Source of the DNA: Octopus bimaculoides
Taxonomy: Eukaryota
Direction: 5' to 3'
Length of the DNA stretch: 64,000 nt
Assembly: GCF_001194135.2 (NCBI RefSeq)
Contig: NC_068982.1
Location: forward strand, 117,627,210 to 117,691,209
Made by a program: the position numbers and the translations under genes
Part shown: positions 52,601-64,000 of the stretch, in pieces
How positions within the stretch are numbered: the stretch's first letter is position 1
How the letters are laid out: each line of letters begins with the position of its first letter
Notes under the pieces: generated by a model
The model's input: only the letters and a program-made list of their open reading frames with translations
The model's database searches: none
Told to the model about the DNA's origin: nothing

Positions 52601-52608
52601 TATAAGTA

Positions 52609-52643
<35 letters not shown>

Positions 52644-52904
52644 TTGTTTATCTATCTATGGATATACGTATACAAGCCCACATATATCAATATTTACCTG
52701 TATATATGTATTGATATATATGCACATATATGCATACATGCGTGTGTGTGAGAATGTGTCTGCAAACATATATTACGCGTAGTATAGGTGTGGGGTTTTG
52801 GTGAGTATACCAAAATTTATATACACATCACGGAACGACACTGATAGTGTATACGTGAACTGAAAGAAATGTCACTTCTAGAGGTGTTTATGCTAATATA
52901 TTGA

Positions 52905-53106
52905 CTTCGAATTTTGGCACAAGGTGAGCTATTACGGGGTAGCTCGATTACATATGCCCCAGCACTCACTTGGTACTCATTTCATCGACATCAAAACAAT
53001 GACAGGCTAAGTCGACCTCGGAGGAAGGTTAACACAAACGTAGACCGACGAAATATTGCTCCACATTTTGCCCGTCGTGCTAACGATTCTTCCAGCTCAC
53101 CGCCTT
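52905..53106 (-). mobile_element. tRNA-derived SINE (23186 family)
   Basis: TGGTACTCATTTCATCGAC...AAGTCGACCTCGG...TTTTGCCCGTCGTGCTAACGATTCTTCCAGCTCACCGCCT. Confidence 0.8.
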
Positions 53107-53832
53107 TATTTCTGAAAAAATATTAGAAATGTAATGACTCATGGAATTCCACGTAGATTCTAAAAAAACTTCCATCTATAAAATGTACACTGGTGTAAAT
53201 CTGATAATATAATTAAGAAGTAAACATATAATTTGATTAATGGCTTTATAAACAATAGGCACTAATGTAAAGAAATAACGTTAGTTTTTAAGAAAGGAAG
53301 TTTGCTTGAAATGGTCTCCCAGTGATAAATGTTAGAAAAACATTTTTGCAAACGAAACTATTGCTTTATAACTATATGAGTTGTGGTTATAAAATAAGAT
53401 AATATACATATGATTTATGATTTTGAACATTTCCTTTCTTCTAGCGCAGAGATAGTAATCTAATCTCATTCAAAACAGTGAAGCACAATCTCTAAATATA
53501 TTCAACAAATAATTTATCTGGTGGCTATATGTACGTAAAATAGCTGCTAATTTTACTTAATCCTCAGGCAACGTTCTTCAGTACGAAATTATATAGTCCA
53601 AGGTTGTGGCCATAGCTGGAAATCCATTGACCATAAATCTTCCCACTCAGAAACATCCGCGACTAAGGTACAGCAAGGAATCAAGCACCCAATAAATTTC
53701 TGAAGCTTATTTAAGTCTGGGCATCACATTGTAATCTTTATAAATGAGTGGGAGAATGTAGGTATTCCGCAGTTGCTTCTTATTGTTGTGCTAAAATCCC
53801 ATATTGCATGGCTAGCATATACACAAGCAATT

Positions 53833-54003
53833 CTGCAAGGGAGTGGGTAAGTCGACCCTAGAAAGCAGCTGCTACTTATTTTATCAACTCCTAACTGTTG
53901 AAAATTAAAGTCAACCTCGGTGGAATTTGAACTTAGAAGGTTAAGACGGACGTATTGTCGTTAAGAATTTTACCTAGAATTATAACGACTTTTCCATCTC
54001 GCA
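53833..54003 (-). mobile_element. Degenerate SINE (23186 family)
   Basis: CTACTTATTTTATCAAC...AAAGTCAACCTCGGTGGAATTTGAACTTAGAA...AAGACGGACG. Confidence 0.7.
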
Positions 54004-56244
54004 GTCGGATACGTACATAAATGAAAAGTCCATGTTGATGAAACGAAATCAAGTTTATAATGGTGTCTTCGATTATACTGTATATAAATTAATGAATAAA
54101 TAGTTCAATTTTGCATATTTTATAATGCAAAGTCTATTCATGAGATATTGGTATTAATTCATCTGCTTTCGAATGTTGATTCTGTCAGGTGACAAAAAAA
54201 ATTTACCTTTGTTTATATCGTTTGTCATTCTCCTTCAAATGGCAGGAAGCATTCTTCTTTTATACTTGCACACTTAGTTTTATCTTGTATGCATCAAGCA
54301 GAAATACAATAAAGCAGCCACGTGACATTCTTGGGCGCAATGTAGTAATTAATTTTGTATTAATTTTTATCTCTGTATTCAATAAGAGAAGTATTGCCCA
54401 TAAAATCATAGTGCTTCTCTCGGATCGTGAACAAGAAAAGAAAACCAATATTTGTAGGAAATACAGAAATAGATGAATGAGTCTATGTAATTATGCCGAT
54501 TGCCACGAGTGCGTATAAATGACTATGCATGTGCGTGTGTATATAAGCACAAATGTGAATCGCTGTATGCTGGGATACTGATATGGTCATTAAGCAGCCC
54601 TCAATTAAGATGTGAACCACGTCCTCAGCAAATTCTTGACGACGCCTTTACGCTTGACAGCCATGGTCAAACATCAAACGAGGCAGCACACTTTAGAATG
54701 GGTTTCATTCCAAATCCATTAAGAGCTACTACTTTATTTTTTGCTTTTATTTTGTATTTTTTAACAACCACTTCCTTCCTGTCGAGCTCTGAGTACACAC
54801 CACAGATATTCTGCTCCAGCAATGTATTTGGGAACCGACTACTACCAACACACAAATACTGACAACAGCATCCAGCGAAATATAAATTTTATAACATAGA
54901 AGCCTATAATATCACCTGATGAACGTTTCTCTGCACTGTGTATATGTTCGATATCATTGTATCGTTCCACACACACAAGAGAGCAGTGAAGAAGTATGCC
55001 GAAACGATCGTTCTGATAACTAAATGTCCAGTACACTCAGCATGCACTGAAGGACTCCTAACGTAGATGCAATGATTAATCTCCACTTACCGCAGATGAC
55101 GTTTTGTAGTCGTACGAGATGAACGTGCTCTGCCGGTATACTACTAGAGGCATACACAAATAAGGCTTGGATGCTAAATTTTAAATTTTCACATCTAAAC
55201 TTTAATTTTAATTATAACAGTGTCACTTCAAGTGATTGGGGTAGAAATATCGTCCCACCTGCCGGTAACTCTATGCCAGTGTACCAACGTACACTGGCAG
55301 AACATCATGCTAAGCATATCTAGCGGGATATTTTTCTATACCAAGCACTGATTGATGCAACGCAACTAGATGCAAGATATCCTCTGAGACAGATGTAGGA
55401 TATGCCGAAACTATCCTCATGTGGAATAAAGATTCGCACTAATCCCTTTTCAGGTTTCCTTTATCAACAGATTTCCTGACCTAGTTCCAGTGAAAATTAT
55501 ATCGTTACTCTGGATGACACCAGGTAGCCCAAACGATGAATGTGCTTTAATCGACATACCAATAATCATATATCAAAAGTTCAAATATTTANNNNNNNNN
55601 NNNNNNNNNNNNNNNNNNNNNNNNNNNNNNNNNNNNNNNNNNNNNNNNNNNNNNNNNNNNNNNNNNNNNNNNNNNNNNNNNNNNNNNNNNNNNNNNNNNN
55701 NNNNNNNNNNNNNNNNNNNNNNNNNNNNNNNNNNNNNNNNNNNNNNNNNNNNNNNNNNNNNNNNNNNNNNNNNNNNNNNNNNNNNNNNNNNNNNNNNNNN
55801 NNNNNNNNNNNNNNNNNNNNNNNNNNNNNNNNNNNNNNNNNNNNNNNNNNNNNNNNNNNNNNNNNNNNNNNNNNNNNNNNNNNNNNNNNNNNNNNNNNNN
55901 NNNNNNNNNNNNNNNNNNNNNNNNNNNNNNNNNNNNNNNNNNNNNNNNNNNNNNNNNNNNNNNNNNNNNNNNNNNNNNNNNNNNNNNNNNNNNNNNNNNN
56001 NNNNNNNNNNNNNNNNNNNNNNNNNNNNNNNNNNNNNNNNNNNNNNNNNNNNNNNNNNNNNNNNNNNNNNNNNNNNNNNNNNNNNNNNNNNNNNNNNNNN
56101 NNNNNNNNNNNNNNNNNNNNNNNNNNNNNNNNNNNNNNNNNNNNNNNNNNNNNNNNNNNNNNNNNNNNNNNNNNNNNNNNNNNNNNNNNNNNNNNNNNNN
56201 NNNNNNNNNNNNNNNNNNNNNNNNNNNNNNNNNNNNNNNNNNNN

Positions 56245-57125
56245 TGTAACTGCCCGAAACAGTCGTGACTTCTGATGATTTGACTGAGGAAAGAAGGCGG
56301 CGAATGACCCGTCTTTTTTTTGCTTGTCATTCTCATTGTTGTTTCTCTTGTCCGCCTTGTATCGTCTATCTGTCCGAATGTTTTATTGTACTCTATTGCG
56401 TTTTTGTTCCATTTTAATATTTATATATACATATAGTGGCGTACGTACACACTTGTGCTCACCTTATAGTCGGTATGTATCTAAATATTGTACGACTCTT
56501 ACTCTATTTTTTATTCCCCGCTTGCCTTCTTCCCGTTTTCTTTTTCTCGCTCCCCCTCTCTCTTTCATATTTCTTGGCCCCAATTTTCTTTTGATCCCAC
56601 TATTTCTCACTCGTTTATCTCCCCTGTACCTTTATCTTTGTCTGATTTTTTTTCTTATCCTTCGATCCCGCTGTCCCCTACCCATCTCTCATCTTTCCAA
56701 GTGACCGGTGTCTCGCCAGCCCTGATCTTTCTTTCTTGGACTGACTGCCGACCGTCAGCACCTCTTGTGTCCATCTCCTATGTTCTTCCTTTCAGGCTTT
56801 CACTTCATAAAATCCATTTAAATTTAATTCGATCTCAATCGAAAGGCTCCTGTTGTTATTTTCTTGTTGTTTGTATTCGTAATTGTGTACCATATACTCC
56901 ATTTTTCGTCTTTTTGTGTAACATGTTCTCCGTGTTTTGTCTTTGTTGGCCTACACATTCGCTAGCTTTCTTACACACTTTCTTCTTTTTCCTTTTCTTT
57001 TCAATCTCTCTCCATTTTTCTTTTATTCTCAATCCTTTCTTTCGTAGAGCGTGGGTTCGATACGTCAAATACTTTTTCATTCTTCCCGAGCGTCAAACCT
57101 GTTTGTTGTTCCCTCGCCTATATAT
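56245..57125 (+). mobile_element. Penelope-type pseudo-LTR (pyrimidine-rich; 5' end in a gap)
   Basis: Its 3' end (57040-57125) is similar to 12040-12160. It begins with a GCCC-GAAAC-A-GTC half-motif next to the gap. The long 56488-57204 ORF is low-complexity F/S/L. Confidence 0.45.
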
Positions 57126-57699
57126 ACATTTAACTATATTTATCTCTCTCTCTCTTTCTATATCTCTGTCTCTACCTCTTATATATATATATATATATAA
57201 ATAATTCAAAATCCAACCATGAAATATGAATAATAGGGAAAAATTGGGTAAGTTACTGGCAGACGGTTTATTTAAGCTTTCCACTCATTTCCATCTCCAG
57301 CGGCTAGAGTTATTTCATTGAGCGATAATATCTCTCAGTATGCACGAATCATACGGTGGTGAGTAATTTTTGGTCATTCCCTCTCGCACTTTCGACCTTG
57401 TAGTGTGTAAGCAGTAGTCACTGTTGATAGCATTCATTGGGTGGGTGTCGTAGTTGGTGACCAATCTATCTCAGTCGGTATTCCTGTATCCGTCTGCTTA
57501 TGTGTTTTACGTTAGCCATTTAGTACAATGTGTTATCGGAAACGTGGTCGTTATAGCATATCTTATATATTTTCCTCAGGTTTATTGTTTGAAATGTGTT
57601 CAGCGCGTTCCTTTGCAAAATCGTATCCGTTACACACGCCTCGCATTCATGTGCAAAAGTCGGAAAACAGAATTTTTTACATTGTTATCTTCTTTGTTG

Positions 57700-58025
57700 A
57701 AGTGATGTCAGACGACCAGCGGTTTTGAAGCTGTGACATTGCTCCACCTGCTTCTCTCCTTCTGTCTATGATGTCACTGTTTGAGTTATGAGTGTGATCA
57801 GTAATAGTCAATTCAAGGTAACTGAATTTGTCAATCCTGGCTAGCTGCTTTCCATTTCCTGTTGTTTCGTCTGTGTTTATATTAACGGTAATGTACTCTG
57901 TCTTCGATTCGTCTATTTCTAGCCCCACAGACTTTGCTTCTCGCATGATATGATCCAAGAAGCCTTGTGCTTCTATGAGACTAGTAGCGAAGAGAACACT
58001 ATCATCTTCATATGCGAAACAGGTC
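57700..58025 (-). mobile_element. RTE-type LINE, reverse transcriptase fragment
   Basis: ORF 57677-58027 FAYEDDSVLFA...AKSVGLEIDESKTEYI...IDKFSYL...SDI.DR...AGGAMSQL..RW: YADD-like motif and downstream RTE conserved blocks. Confidence 0.8.
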
Positions 58026-58489
58026 AACTTATATGATTCTTATATACGAATTCTATCCTCCGTTGCAGCTTTCATCACATGATCCATAACCACTCAAAAT
58101 AGATTAGAGAAATATATATGTCGTTTGTGCCTGAATGATATGTTTGACTATTTCTCAGCATATGAAACTATTAGTAACACTTAAAGACATGTATTTCTCT
58201 CTTTAAATAAATGATATTTATCTCTTACCAGATGGAGTACATTTTAAAAAAATTTCTATCACGGAACAGTACTTGTCTTCATCATTCTCCAAACGAACAA
58301 TAAGAACAAAATATTGCTGACGGTAGAATTAGTCGACTACTTCAACGTGAGAACTTTATGCCATTCTATTCCATTGCCTAGAAAATAACGAAAGGGAAAG
58401 GTAAAAACGTGAAGTACCAAAGAAAAAATAATANNNNNNNNNNNNNNNNNNNNNNNNNNNNNNNNNNNNNNNNNNNNTATATATATATT

Positions 58490-58530
<41 letters not shown>

Positions 58531-60369
58531 AGAGAGAGTGGAATATCTTTTACTTTTCTCTAATGATTCTGGTAAGCCACTACCCTAGAATACAAGAAAT
58601 AATAGACACAAAATGCACTGTAAATTCTTGCTAAAGTTTATGTTCTAGAATATCAGCCATATGTGTCAATATCAATGAATTGTATGACAAAATTCAGTCA
58701 TTAATCTCAAAAGAGGAAACATTTTGATTTCCTTTTGTCTTACAGTTATTTGTATCTGTTTTCAAATAAACAACAATTTAGAGATAGTATGGAACATATG
58801 CATGTAACTAAATGGTTTTTTTTTTACTTACAGCCAGAAAAGTATTCATAGTATATACAGAAATATAAATTTGGAGATTAGAGAACGATGCGTTTACAGA
58901 TGTCATAGATTATAAGTAAATGACCCAATGCCCATGTATAATAGGGTCATACAAATCTTCATGCCAACTTCCTTAATGATGAGACAAGAAAGTGTACACT
59001 TTGTAACCTGGAAGTTGATATATATTCCACTGTTATACTAACTGGTACTACAGTCTTTTAGAATATGCGTACGGCTGTTGCCGGTTATAATTTAAAATAT
59101 AATTGCCATAAAACGTTGAACTGATATACTTGACGGCAGATATGTCAGTGCTAACGAACAATACTGCTTGCATAGAATCGCCGCGATTTATATAACCACA
59201 TTATAATTGCTGCTACTATTTCCATTAAAAGGCATCAATTGCTAAAGGAGAAATCCTACTTTTCTTCACAAAGAAAAATACATTTGATTTAAATGTAATT
59301 TGCTGTATTGATCTAAATTTCCTCTGTTCGAAGATTTACTATGAAAGATTTCATATCATTTTTGAGATAAAGGTTAATAGATACAGTCTTTGTTACAAAC
59401 ATCAATTGGGGGGGAAACTTCTGAAAATATTACAAGAAATCCGTTCTTTTCTTTTTTAGAGTCGACATTTCTCCGATGATTGCTTTCCCTTGTTTCTGGA
59501 CACAGTTTCATTTGATATTTAAGGAATGTGTTCTTATATGTTTTGCTCCCATTTTAATGTCTATGAAATTGTTCAGCAAAATTTTTTTCTGCCATACATC
59601 TATACAAAACAAATATGTTAGCATATTTTCAGTTATATAAAGTAAGGCTGAAAGCAATGGTTTTTATACTGATAAAAATATGTCTATTTGTGTATGGCCT
59701 TGTTAGCATTTCAGATTGATTATATATGATAGAGAACATTCAGGCAAATATTATTCTATATAAATTTCTTAATACTAGGACTTTCTTTAATACAGAAATA
59801 ATATTTGTCTTGTACACAAAGCAACATTAAGTGATTTACATCAAACATTATCAGAGATGTCACTATTTATGAAATTGTTGTTTTATAACAAGAACTTTTA
59901 GTAATTGCATTGTGTTTCAATGGCTGAAAACGACATCTCTAATTGTGGCAGAGCTATCGCAAAGATCATTATGGGGGTTCATAAAATACCCTCACAGTTT
60001 TTGACTTAGCAAAAATACTGCGTATTTTCTGCCCAATTTCGGACATCAGCTGTCATATAAACAAGAGGAGATTGACGACGGTAAGATTGAAAGCAAGAAT
60101 GTACGTAGCTAAGGAAATCTCCCAAATTTCAAAGAATTCCACCAATCCGCTGTCCTAATTACTTATTGCATTTATAAATATTTTAACTAGACATAAGCAT
60201 ACCATCTCTTTCTTTGTTTAACCTTTATGCAAAAACTGCGATAACGAAAGTGTTATAAATTTAAAGTACAGTTAAAATCAGTAGAGGAATAGTTGTTAAT
60301 CTCAGATATGTTGACCATACTGTCTTTACAGATGGGAACATAAAAGAATGGATTTTGTTAAAGAATGCG

Positions 60370-60720
60370 AAATAAAGAAAAAAACGTGACGAATATGGTT
60401 TATTTATCAATTTTGACAGTACTGAATCAATGTTTATCTCGGGAAGATATGATCATGACATCTTTGTAATAATTGATAATCAAACTGTCAAAGCGGAGCA
60501 GGAATTTTGTGATCCTGGAAGTATGATTACAAATCAATGTTGTTACAGTAAAGACGAAAAATAATCACGATTTCAAAAGAAGTATCTGCTGTTATCTTTT
60601 TAAACAGCAATGCGAAAATCCATCAGTAAGTAAAAAGTTGAAAGTTTTGCACACGTATATTTCGAATAGTCTCATATAGACCTGAATAAGAGACTTCAAA
60701 AAATAGTTAGAAAATACAGG
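60370..60720 (+). mobile_element. Decayed RTE-type LINE RT fragment
   Basis: EYGLFINFDSTESMFIS...IDNQTVKAEQEFCDPGSMITNQ...SVSKKLKVLHTYI resembles YGL.IN..KT..M.....I....LE.V..F.YLGS.IT...S...K..(I/L)..YI. Confidence 0.5.
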
Positions 60721-61535
60721 GTTTCAGACTTCAGATTGTTAAGAATTAGTGGGAGAATATACGATAAATGACTATGCGTAGCATCGCAGTAAAATTGAAA
60801 ACTGTGGAAGGAAAATATATTTTGTATAAGTCATAAAAGTAGATGGCTTACAAAAACTAACGGCCGCTGCAAACCCCTTTGGTAAAAATGAGTAGTACTC
60901 TATATAATATACCTGGTTTGGTTTGGTAATCCAAACACGAAAAGACAACTGAAACCATGAATACAGGCACACACACACACACGCGCACACACACACACAC
61001 ACACACACGCACACACACACGCGCGCGAACACACACACACACACACACGCTCACACGCACACGCACACGGACACACACACAAACACACACACACACAATC
61101 ATCGATAATATGGCAAGTGTCAGTGTGCTTATAGAATTTTTAGCACACCAGCCAAATGGTTTAGCAAAACTGCCAAATTAGAAATAATTTATTAGTAATC
61201 GTCAGAAGTTACAGAGTGACTTACGGCTCGAGAATTTCGTACATTTGCCTTCAACACTTACCAGTGCAGTAAACTCCCAATGCTTGAGTTATTCAATAAC
61301 CTCTGTCCATTATATATATATTTATACATGAGAGGTATTTGCATCCAGAAGATCCACGATAGCAGATAAGGCTATGTAAGTGCTATGGAAGGGCTGTAGT
61401 TAGACTTTCGGTTCGACAATAGTACGAGTGAGAAGTTTAATGTGGATCTTGTGTGAGCATCTATCTGTCAAATAAAATAAGACAACAAAACCAAGGTGGT
61501 GTGGAATTTCTAGGACATTTATAAAGAGAAAGGTA

Positions 61536-61583
61536 GTCTTACAGCTGTCTCTGGGATATTAGGGATATTCATTCATCAGAGAC
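61536..61583 (-). ncRNA. Decayed minimal type I hammerhead motif
   Basis: Reverse complement GUCU-CUGAUGA-(AUGAAUAUCCCUAAUAUCCCA)-GAGA-CAGCUGU-A-AGAC. Stem I is GUCU/AGAC and stem III is the palindrome ACAGCUGU, but GAAA is mutated to GAGA and stem II is unpaired. Confidence 0.45.
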
Positions 61584-62391
61584 GGTATGAGAGAGTTAAC
61601 TCGCGGAAAATAGTAGAGTTCAATGTAAGTAGTTATTTTGGAAAATGATAGCTATAGGATGTATAAAGGAAAATAAGAAAATGAAAATAAAAGTAAAAAT
61701 ATACAGGTAAATATAAACATTTTACCCCAAAACTAAATGCAACCTAATCACCACACAGTACATATACCGAACACCCCTTAGGTAATTTCCAAGAATCTTA
61801 TTTGACTTTCTAATATCTTAGCTCTTTTCAATTTTTAATTTTACTTTTTAAATGTTTAGTAATAGATATATAAATATATACCGGTCATTTCGTCCTTCCC
61901 ACTGCTGTATGAATCTAGCTCATCTACCCATGTCAAAGGCTATCTGTATCTTCACTCCGTCTCACCAAACATCATCAACTGAAAAAGAATATCATTATAT
62001 TATCTGTTGTGTATCCGTCACGCTGATTATTTCGGGCGAAAATAATTACATGTCTCGCGCAACAACTCCACATTACTTAGTCTCCTATCTGACCATTACA
62101 GTTCTTTTGGCGACACAGACATCTATTTCGATCTTTCTTCTAGCATAATACACCATTGATCACCCCGCACTTGACTGCATTGCCAAGAAAAATTGATTTT
62201 CAACATACTGCATCCTACGCGGTTCAGTTTCTGAAGATAGTCGTCTATGTCTTAAGAACAAACAACAATAAAAGATCGCACAGGATCTTCCCTCAGCACT
62301 TCACACAAATTCATATCCTCATCAAACTCATACACTCAATACACTGAAATACTTTTTCTGAATCCACCTCTTAAACTTTATGCTTCTATAG

Positions 62392-62662
62392 TGTGGTGCG
62401 ATGGAGGAAGAAGACAACAAGAAGCAAAAGGACAGAATGAAGCGTTGGACCTTACCTTGCCGACCGCAGCGGGGTACACGATCGCTCCTGATCAGAACAC
62501 GTCTTTCTCGTAACGTCGCTGTTTTCTCACTGGTCCCACGTGTCGCGTGTCGCCGACTTCCGATCTGACCCTTCCGGTTTGGCCCTTCCGGTCTGGCTTC
62601 ACCTCTGTTTGCCTCACCTCTCTCCACCACAACACATAGCTCGTCACAGCCCAAACACCACA
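62392..62662 (-). mobile_element. 3' LTR (271 bp) of a Gypsy-type retrotransposon
   Basis: 7-bp terminal inverted repeat TGTGGTG...CACCACA, with a polypurine tract AGGGGGAAG (minus strand, 62663-62671) immediately adjacent. Abrupt GC rise relative to the flank. Confidence 0.75.
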
Positions 62663-63377
62663 CTTCCCCCTGATCTATAGATCATTCAACCGGCTCTCCC
62701 ACTCACTCCTNNNNNNNNNNNNNNNNNNNNNNNNNNNNNNNNNNNNNNNNNNNNNNNNNNNNNNNNNNNNNNNNNNNNNNNNNNNNNNNNNNNNNNNNNN
62801 NNNNNNNNNNNNNNNNNNNNNNNNNNNNNNNNNNNNNNNNNNNNNNNNNNNNNNNNNNNNNNNNNNNNNNNNNNNNNNNNNNNNNNNNNNNNNNNNNNNN
62901 NNNNNNNNNNNNNNNNNNNNNNNNNNNNNNNNNNNNNNNNNNNNNNNNNNNNNNNNNNNNNNNNNNNNNNNNNNNNNNNNNNNNNNNNNNNNNNNNNNNN
63001 NNNNNNNNNNNNNNNNNNNNNNNNNNNNNNNNNNNNNNNNNNNNNNNNNNNNNNNNNNNNNNNNNNNNNNNNNNNNNNNNNNNNNNNNNNNNNNNNNNNN
63101 NNNNNNNNNNNNNNNNNNNNNNNNNNNNNNNNNNNNNNNNNNNNNNNNNNNNNNNNNNNNNNNNNNNNNNNNNNNNNNNNNNNNNNNNNNNNNNNNNNNN
63201 NNNNNNNNNNNNNNNNNNNNNNNNNNNNNNNNNNNNNNNNNNNNNNNNNNNNNNNNNNNNNNNNNNNNNNNNNNNNNNNNNNNNNNNNNNNNNNNNNNNN
63301 NNNNNNNNNNNNNNNNNNNNNNNNNNNNNNNNNNNNNNNNNNNNNNNNNNNNNNNNNNNNNNNNNNNNNNNNNNNNN

Positions 63378-64000
63378 CCCCGTCTTCATCTTCCTCCATA
63401 TGGCCAACCGCCCCGGTCCACAGTCAACCATTGAGAGGTACGTCCCCTGCCGGTAGCGTGTTACGTCCACTGCCAGTCGTTTCCAGTTGTGGGCCGCTGG
63501 AATACTTCCCGCCTCATGTACGCCCGGAGCAGGGTCAATAGACTGGAACCTGTCACAGCTGCTAACCACTCTCTGTACGCTCCGCCTCGTTACCTCGGAG
63601 TCAACTTTCCTGGCGAGGAACAACGTNNNNNNNNNNTTCCTTTCCCTCATTGTGATGTGCACCGTGCATTTGGGGGTTTTACCCAAACTTCCCCGATCTG
63701 CACGAAGGTGTGCTCTTCTCCCCGGAGTCACATCGATGCAATACACGGGTGCCTCCACTCGTACCTGAATATTGCCCTGTGTGGCACCGACTCCTAAGCC
63801 TGTCCTGACCTGGGCGACATATTGTACCAAAATACGGCCTCGATTGGCGAAATGTGGCCCCTCTCTGCCATGGTCTTGATGGTACGATGATGCCTTTCCA
63901 CCACTCCATTTCCACTTGGCCGGTATGCCGCCCTGAAAAAGCGGCTGACCTGCCACCCGTTAAGCATTTCTTTCAGCACCTCCGAGCGAAATGCAGTGCC
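63378..64000 (-). mobile_element. Ty3/Gypsy integrase region (defective), continuing beyond the window
   Basis: ORF 63794-63979 FFRAAYRPSGNGVVERHHRTIKTM...AVFWYNMSPR (integrase P.SNG.VER..RT.K motif), then IGEEVWVKPP (GPY/F-like region) with stops. Confidence 0.85.

Overview
AT-rich, microsatellite-dense eukaryotic genomic scaffold with about 6 kb of N in 16 gaps. The repeat landscape suggests a cephalopod, probably Octopus; this is my inference and was not checked by search. I find no intact host gene, rRNA, tRNA or CRISPR array, and almost all listed ORFs are microsatellite or N-gap artefacts. Recognisable content is mostly decayed transposable elements: a Tc1-type element with IR/DR-like ends (3.8-5.2 kb), a complete but defective Chapaev3-like transposon with TIRs and a 3-bp CTA TSD (46.0-48.1 kb), a hAT fragment, a Helitron fragment split by a SINE, CR1 and RTE LINE fragments, several Penelope-like fragments, a Gypsy 3' end with a 271-bp LTR, and about ten tRNA-derived SINEs. 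The most notable structures are: (i) a nested cluster of R4/Dong-clade retrotransposons and an unclassified 550-bp non-coding element, all sitting in (TAA)n arrays (27.8-32.7 kb); (ii) minimal hammerhead-ribozyme motifs in Penelope-type repeats, the best at 11982-12037; (iii) an interleaved double inverted repeat at 19 kb; (iv) a decayed, unidentified intronless reading frame at 42.8-44.2 kb. Family assignments come from manual translation and recalled motifs. Nothing here is demonstrably a new biological system.
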